Of a stretch of DNA of 64,000 nt, positions 58,409 through 64,000 are shown in pieces (within the stretch, counting starts at the first letter, position 1; each line of letters begins with the position of its first letter). The notes under the pieces were generated by a model. The model did no database searches and had not been told where the DNA came from. It saw nothing but the letters and a program-made list of their open reading frames with translations. Source of the DNA: an uncultured Bacillota bacterium. Its GTDB lineage: Bacteria; Sysuimicrobiota; Sysuimicrobiia; Sysuimicrobiales; Segetimicrobiaceae. The translations under genes were made by a program, and so were the position numbers. The stretch spans positions 138,330 through 202,329 of the forward strand of contig CAWDRG010000002.1 of NCBI GenBank assembly GCA_963804645.1. Reading direction: 5' to 3'.

Positions 58409-59320
58409 TCAGTCGGCGGACCCGCGGACTTCCTCAGCGGGGCTCGCCGCGGCCCGAAGCGCGTGCCGGACTTCCGCGGTCGCCTCGCGGCCGAGCGCGG
58501 CCACCGGCGGGAGCGGATCGCCGATCTCAAACCCCTGCAGGGCGAGCCCGGTCTTCACGCACGCCGCGAGCGCGTGCCGCTGGAACACCTCGTTGAGCAC
58601 CCAGAGCCGCCGCTGGAGGCGTTCCGCCTCGTCCCACCGTCCCTGCTGCGCGAGGTCGTAGAGGGCGACGCACTGCCTCGGCAGGAGGCACGCGGGTCCC
58701 GCCATCCAGCCGACTCCTCCCAACCGAAACACGACGAGCGGGATGTGGGCGGAGGCGCTGAACACTTTGATCCGGTCGCCGGCGCGGTTCAGGACCGTCA
58801 AGATCTTGCCGGTCTCCCCGGAGGCCTCCTTGAAGTACTGTACATTCGGAATCTCGCTGAGCGCGATGACGTGGTCCGGCGTGAGTTCCGCGCCGAGCAA
58901 TTTCGGGTTCGAATACAGCACGATCGGGCACCGCACCGCCTCGGCGACCGCCGAGAAAAATCCCAGCACGCCGCGGGACGTCAACGGGAAGAAGGTCTGC
59001 AGAATCAGCACCACCCCGTCGATCCCGAGATCGAGCAGCCGCTGCACCTGGTCGATGGCGTCGTGCGTCGCGTACGCCGCGACCCCGGGCACGATCGGGA
59101 CCCGGCCGCGCGCGGCGTCGACTGTGATGCGGACGATCTCGGTCCGCTGTGCGGGCGTGAGATACGGAAACTCCCCGGTGCTGCCGAGCGGGCTGAGGCC
59201 GTGCACCCCGCCCTCGATCAGGTGCTCCACCAGCCGCCGCAGGACGCCCTCACGCACGCGTCCCGACGCGTCGACCGGGGAGACGAGATACGGGAAGATT
59301 CCGTGGAACGACTCGGGCAT
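58409..59320 (-). CDS. Dihydrodipicolinate synthase / N-acetylneuraminate lyase family (DapA-like) lyase
   Basis: GIFPYLVSP...LSPLGSTGEF...Schiff-base lysine region. Start taken at the ATG at 59320 (MPESFHGIFPY). Confidence 0.75.
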   Translation of the reverse strand: MPESFHGIFPYLVSPVDASGRVREGVLRRLVEHLIEGGVHGLSPLGSTGEFPYLTPAQRTEIVRITVDAARGRVPIVPGVAAYATHDAIDQVQRLLDLGIDGVVLILQTFFPLTSRGVLGFFSAVAEAVRCPIVLYSNPKLLGAELTPDHVIALSEIPNVQYFKEASGETGKILTVLNRAGDRIKVFSASAHIPLVVFRLGGVGWMAGPACLLPRQCVALYDLAQQGRWDEAERLQRRLWVLNEVFQRHALAACVKTGLALQGFEIGDPLPPVAALGREATAEVRHALRAAASPAEEVRGSAD

Positions 59321-59551
59321 GGGCGGCCACCGTCCTCGCGAGGCTGCGGTTCCGAGTGGCGTTCTGGCGCCGCGCGAGCAATTCCTCCGATCCGCGCGGG
59401 TCGGTCCGTGGAAGGAGAGCGGAGCGACGCGTGCCAACTAGGTGTGTCAGCGCGCCGCGGGGTGCGATCGCCGGGCACCGGCGGCGCGCGCCGGGCGGTC
59501 CTTCCGGACGCGTCCGAGACGCGGACTTCTTCGGGCGGGTGGTGTCGAGCG

Positions 59552-60667
<1,116 letters not shown>

Positions 60668-60698
60668 TCGGCGCGGGCGGGCTGGAACGCTCCGGCGG

Positions 60699-61160
60699 CT
60701 ACGGCGGAAAGACCAACAGCGCGGGCACGTAGCCCGCGGCACCGTCCGGGGTCCCCACGAGCGCCGCGGTCTCGCGCGTCAACCGCTCGGGAGTCGGAAA
60801 GAGCAGGATCTGCTGCCCCACCGTATCGCCGTGAACGTCATAGAACCCGCGCACCGAGACGATGACCCCCTTCTTCACAAAGGGCAGCTGTGCCAGGTAG
60901 GCCGCCTTCAGCTCGCCCTGCTGCGCGGTGCCCGAGGGACCCAACACCGCGAGGGCGGTTGAGACGTCGCAGCACGGCAGCAGCGGGGACGTGCTCTTGA
61001 TCGCGGTATCGTAGGGCAGCTTGATCGCCGGCTCCCGCAGCGCCCCGGAGGGCGCCAAGCCGATCCTCCAGGGGAGCGAGATCCGGACCCCGCTGAGCCC
61101 CAGCAGCAGCACCACGCAGACCACCACGGAGGTGACGACGAGCGCCACCCGTTCGGTCAT
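60699..61160 (-). CDS. Hypothetical membrane-anchored protein
   Basis: Single N-terminal TM (VALVVTSVVVCVVLLLGL). No recognisable domain. Confidence 0.4.
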   Translation of the reverse strand: MTERVALVVTSVVVCVVLLLGLSGVRISLPWRIGLAPSGALREPAIKLPYDTAIKSTSPLLPCCDVSTALAVLGPSGTAQQGELKAAYLAQLPFVKKGVIVSVRGFYDVHGDTVGQQILLFPTPERLTRETAALVGTPDGAAGYVPALLVFPP

Positions 61161-61217
61161 GCTCTGCGGCTGCACCGCTGCGCCTCCGCCCGCCCTCGCG
61201 TGCGAGTCCCCGGCGTC

Positions 61218-62813
61218 CTACTTCCCCACCGTGATGTTCCACGGAATGATCCAGGCCGAGGGCACGAATCCCGTGAGCCCCTTTCGCGCCAGCACGAGGC
61301 TGTAGAAAACGCCGGGGCGCACGACAGGGGCCTCGCTGTACCAGAGCTGGTGCAGCTTGGACCAGAGCTGCACGCGCTTTCCCTGGTCGGGCTCCGCGTT
61401 GAACGCCGCGAACAACTGGTTCTTGTCCGGCACATCCCACCACCCAGGGTAGGCGCCGGTAAAGATGTTCTGCAGCGCCGGGTCAGGCACGAAGCCGCCG
61501 CCGGTCACGAACATGTCCCAGTCTTCGGGCTTGGAGCGGCGGTCCAGCACGGTGGCCCACTCCGTCACCTGCAGGTCCACCTTCAGCCCGGCCTGCTGAA
61601 GCTGGCTCGACGCGATGACCGTGCTCTTGAACATGTAGTCGTACTCTTGGGTCGACAGCCAGCGGATCGGCTGTCCCGAGTAGCCCGCTTCCTTGGCCAG
61701 CGCCCTCGAGCGGTCGGTGTTGTGCACGTCGTACCACTCCGACCCGGCCGTCGTGTACCACGGCGTCCCCTTCGGGTAGAGGCTCGGATCGAGCGAGTAC
61801 AGCGCGGGGTTGCCGAAGGTGGCCTGCATGATCGGCTGCATGTCGAGGGCAACCAGCACCGCCTGGCGCAGCTTAAGATTGGTCATCATCCCCTGCTTCG
61901 TGTTGAAGACGAACACCAGGTATGCCCCGGGCCGGACGACGCCGACGTCGACGCGCGGATCGGTCTTGAGCTGCGCGTACGCGTCCTGGTTGATCTGGTC
62001 GGCGATCTGGTAATCGCCGCTCTGCACGCCCGCGATCCGCGTGGCGACCTGCGACACCGGATAGTAGTAGACGTCATCCGCCAGCGCGTCCCTGCGGCCA
62101 GCGTACAGACTGGGCGCCTCGGTCCGTCCGACGAACTGATCGAACCTGGTGACGTGCACGTACCGGTCCGGCGCCCATTCCACGAACTTGTACGGTCCCG
62201 TCCCGATGAACTGCTTGAGCGGGCTCGTGCCGGCGCCGTCCGCGATCTCCTTCGGCATGATCGCGGCCGCGCCGTTCGGGAGCGCCAGGAACGCCAAGAG
62301 CGGCGCAAACGGGGTCTTCATCTTCATGACGACCGTGTCGGGGCCGCTCGCGGTCACCGAGTCGACCGCCCGGTACACCGCGACCCCGCGCGGGCTCACC
62401 TTTCCCCAGCGGTTCAGCGACGACACCACGTCCGCGCCGGTGAGATCGGCGCCGTTGTGGAACGTCACGCCCTTGCGTAGGGTGAACGTGTACGTCAGGC
62501 CGTCCTTGCTGACGGTATACCCGGAGACGAGGGACGGCTGCACCCGCCAGCCCGCATCGAACGCGAACAGCTCCTCGAAGATCCCGAGCGTGATCGTGGA
62601 CGTGAGGTCAGCCGTCGAGGCCACCACGTCCAGCGTGAGCGGCTCACCGATCTCCGCGATCTTCAGCGTGCCGCCTCTGCCGGGCGCGACCGCGGCCGCA
62701 GCACCGGACACCGTCCCGAGCCCCAATCCCGCGGCGGCCCCAGCGCCGGCGATCGTGCCGAGAAACGTCCGCCGGGTCACACGTCCCTGACGTACTCGAC
62801 CGTGGCTGCTCAT
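61218..62813 (-). CDS. ABC transporter substrate-binding protein, family 5 (peptide/nickel/opine type), Tat-exported
   Basis: Twin-arginine motif RRTFLGTIAGAGAAAG followed by an SBP_bac_5 fold. Start is the ATG at 62813. Confidence 0.8.
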   Translation of the reverse strand: MSSHGRVRQGRVTRRTFLGTIAGAGAAAGLGLGTVSGAAAAVAPGRGGTLKIAEIGEPLTLDVVASTADLTSTITLGIFEELFAFDAGWRVQPSLVSGYTVSKDGLTYTFTLRKGVTFHNGADLTGADVVSSLNRWGKVSPRGVAVYRAVDSVTASGPDTVVMKMKTPFAPLLAFLALPNGAAAIMPKEIADGAGTSPLKQFIGTGPYKFVEWAPDRYVHVTRFDQFVGRTEAPSLYAGRRDALADDVYYYPVSQVATRIAGVQSGDYQIADQINQDAYAQLKTDPRVDVGVVRPGAYLVFVFNTKQGMMTNLKLRQAVLVALDMQPIMQATFGNPALYSLDPSLYPKGTPWYTTAGSEWYDVHNTDRSRALAKEAGYSGQPIRWLSTQEYDYMFKSTVIASSQLQQAGLKVDLQVTEWATVLDRRSKPEDWDMFVTGGGFVPDPALQNIFTGAYPGWWDVPDKNQLFAAFNAEPDQGKRVQLWSKLHQLWYSEAPVVRPGVFYSLVLARKGLTGFVPSAWIIPWNITVGK

Positions 62814-63141
62814 CGCTCGCCCTCCCGAAGTTGTCATCGGACCGTCGGATCCGCCCGGGTTGCGCCACGGGCGCTCACCCCACCCCACCGGAGATGGGCG
62901 GGTCGCCCGCTTCATCACCACGCCGCGGCCCGCCCCTGGCTTGCCAGCGCATTCCATTTGTCACGATCACCCTCCTGCTCCGGCCCGCGCCCGATCGGTG
63001 CCGGCGCGCCGGACCGGCCCGGGGGACCGCGGCAGATCGCTGACCATGCAGCGGCGGGGGGGTGCCCGTGACGGCGAAGGTCGGTGCCGCTGTCCGTCGA
63101 ATACACAGGCCCGCGTCACCGATGGATTCAGGAGGAACACC

Positions 63142-63534
63142 ATGACATTTTCACCCCCCGCCGGCCTTCTCGACGTCACGGTGCTACTGATGAGAGTGTT
63201 CGTCGCCGTCGTCTTCGCGTGGAGCGGCTGGCACCACCTCCGGAACCCCGACGAACGTAGCAAGAGCATCGAAATGAGCAAGGGGTTTACCATCTTCCTG
63301 GGCGCCGCCGAGGTCTTGGGGGCGGTCGGACTCGCGGTCGGCGTCCTCACTGCGTACGCGGCGCTGGGCGTGGTGCTGATCATGCTGGGGGCGGCGTATA
63401 AGAAGGCGTTTGTCTGGCGCTCCGGGTTCTGGGGCGATAGCGGATCGGACGGCTGGGATTACGAGGTGATGATCATCCTCATGAACCTCGCCATCGTCGC
63501 CACGGACGGCGGGCGATACGTGCTGCTCAGTTAG
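63142..63534 (+). CDS. DoxX-family membrane protein
   Basis: 130 aa with 3-4 TM helices (LMRVFVAVVFAWSGWHHL) and a DoxX-like pattern. Strong GGAGG Shine-Dalgarno 7 nt upstream of the ATG. Confidence 0.75.
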   Translation: MTFSPPAGLLDVTVLLMRVFVAVVFAWSGWHHLRNPDERSKSIEMSKGFTIFLGAAEVLGAVGLAVGVLTAYAALGVVLIMLGAAYKKAFVWRSGFWGDSGSDGWDYEVMIILMNLAIVATDGGRYVLLS

Positions 63535-63550
63535 TGCACGGCCGACCACA

Positions 63551-64000
63551 TCAGGTCGTCGCGGGAAGCACGGCGATGGCGTGGACGCCGAACGCCCCGG
63601 TCCCGGAAGGCCACGGGACGTCCAGTGCCGTCCACGTGCGGCCCGCGTCGCGGGAGCGAAAGACGCCCCGGTTATTCGCCGCGTACATGGTTCGCGAGTC
63701 CGGATCGACAGCGAAGCGGCTCGCCGTCGTGCCGCGCGGCTCGGGGAGCCCTGCCATCGACACCGTCCACGTCGCGCCGCGGGCACGTCGATAGACGAAC
63801 GCGTCGGCGTGCGCCGGACGGTACGCGGTCCCTGGCCCCGCCGCGGCCGACGCCACGACCGTCTCGGGATCCTCCGGGTCGACCGCGATCCCGATGAGGT
63901 AGCGGTGCCGGAGACCGTTCACGCGACGCTGCCACGTCTCTCCCGCGTCACGGCTCTCGAAATAACCGTCGCCGGCCGCCGAATAGACTCGACCGGGCGC
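63551..64000 (-). CDS. BNR/Asp-box repeat (sialidase/Ycf48-like beta-propeller) protein, 5' end beyond window
   Basis: Asp-box motifs SRDAGRTWT, and ESRDAGETWQ in the in-frame extension reaching position 64000. The gene therefore continues upstream, outside the window. Confidence 0.6.
   Translation of the reverse strand, partial: APGRVYSAAGDGYFESRDAGETWQRRVNGLRHRYLIGIAVDPEDPETVVASAAAGPGTAYRPAHADAFVYRRARGATWTVSMAGLPEPRGTTASRFAVDPDSRTMYAANNRGVFRSRDAGRTWTALDVPWPSGTGAFGVHAIAVLPATT

Overview
This is a very high-GC (~70%) bacterial chromosomal segment; I recognised no rRNA or tRNA genes and no CRISPR array. The gene order resembles Firmicutes core regions (rnc-fabF-acpP-fabG-fabD-plsX-rpmF-yceD, coaD-rsmD-recG divergent from rpmB, and a tenA-tenI-thiOSG block), despite the extreme GC content. 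The window holds:

- 0.1–11 kb: housekeeping genes, namely the fatty-acid and phospholipid cluster without fabH, coaD/rsmD/recG, rpmB and hslO.
- 11–21.4 kb: one long minus-strand thiamin operon, thiZ-thiX-thiY, an M20 'ylmB-like' amidohydrolase, tenA-tenI-thiO-thiS-thiG-thiE-thiL-thiD. It sits behind a clearly recognisable TPP riboswitch, and its genes are joined by ATGA/GTGA start-stop overlaps.
- 21.5–28.7 kb: an insertion-sequence graveyard, with two tandem degenerate IS4/IS701-like copies and an IS256-family element split by a nested IS1380-family insertion. Every transposase reading frame is broken. A small low-GC pocket inside carries two coupled mini-ORFs.
- 28.9–34 kb, the most unusual locus: a plus-strand module with a stand-alone cNMP-binding protein, a 1145-aa zinc-ribbon / class III nucleotidyl cyclase / P-loop STAND NTPase / TPR protein, a second paralogous cNMP-binding protein and a DUF427 protein, directly abutting the IS debris.
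- 34–46.6 kb: ABC-2 exporter, AIR-synthase-related protein, a sugar dehydrogenase/aminotransferase pair, an SRPBCC protein, a DRG-family GTPase, the livKHMGF branched-chain amino-acid uptake genes and a methyltransferase.
- 46.6–51.4 kb: a molybdate cluster (mop, Moco-domain protein, XRE/PBP regulator, modA, fused modBC) with a perfect palindrome in its divergent promoter region.
- 51.7–64 kb: a PLP decarboxylase, a leucine catabolic cluster (mccB, mccA with a separate BCCP, HMG-CoA lyase), a DHDPS-like lyase, a tartrate/isopropylmalate-type dehydrogenase, a family-5 SBP, doxX and a truncated BNR-repeat gene.

Many long ORFs in the supplied track are artefacts of high GC. I trimmed genes to internal ATG/GTG starts that fit neighbouring stop codons.
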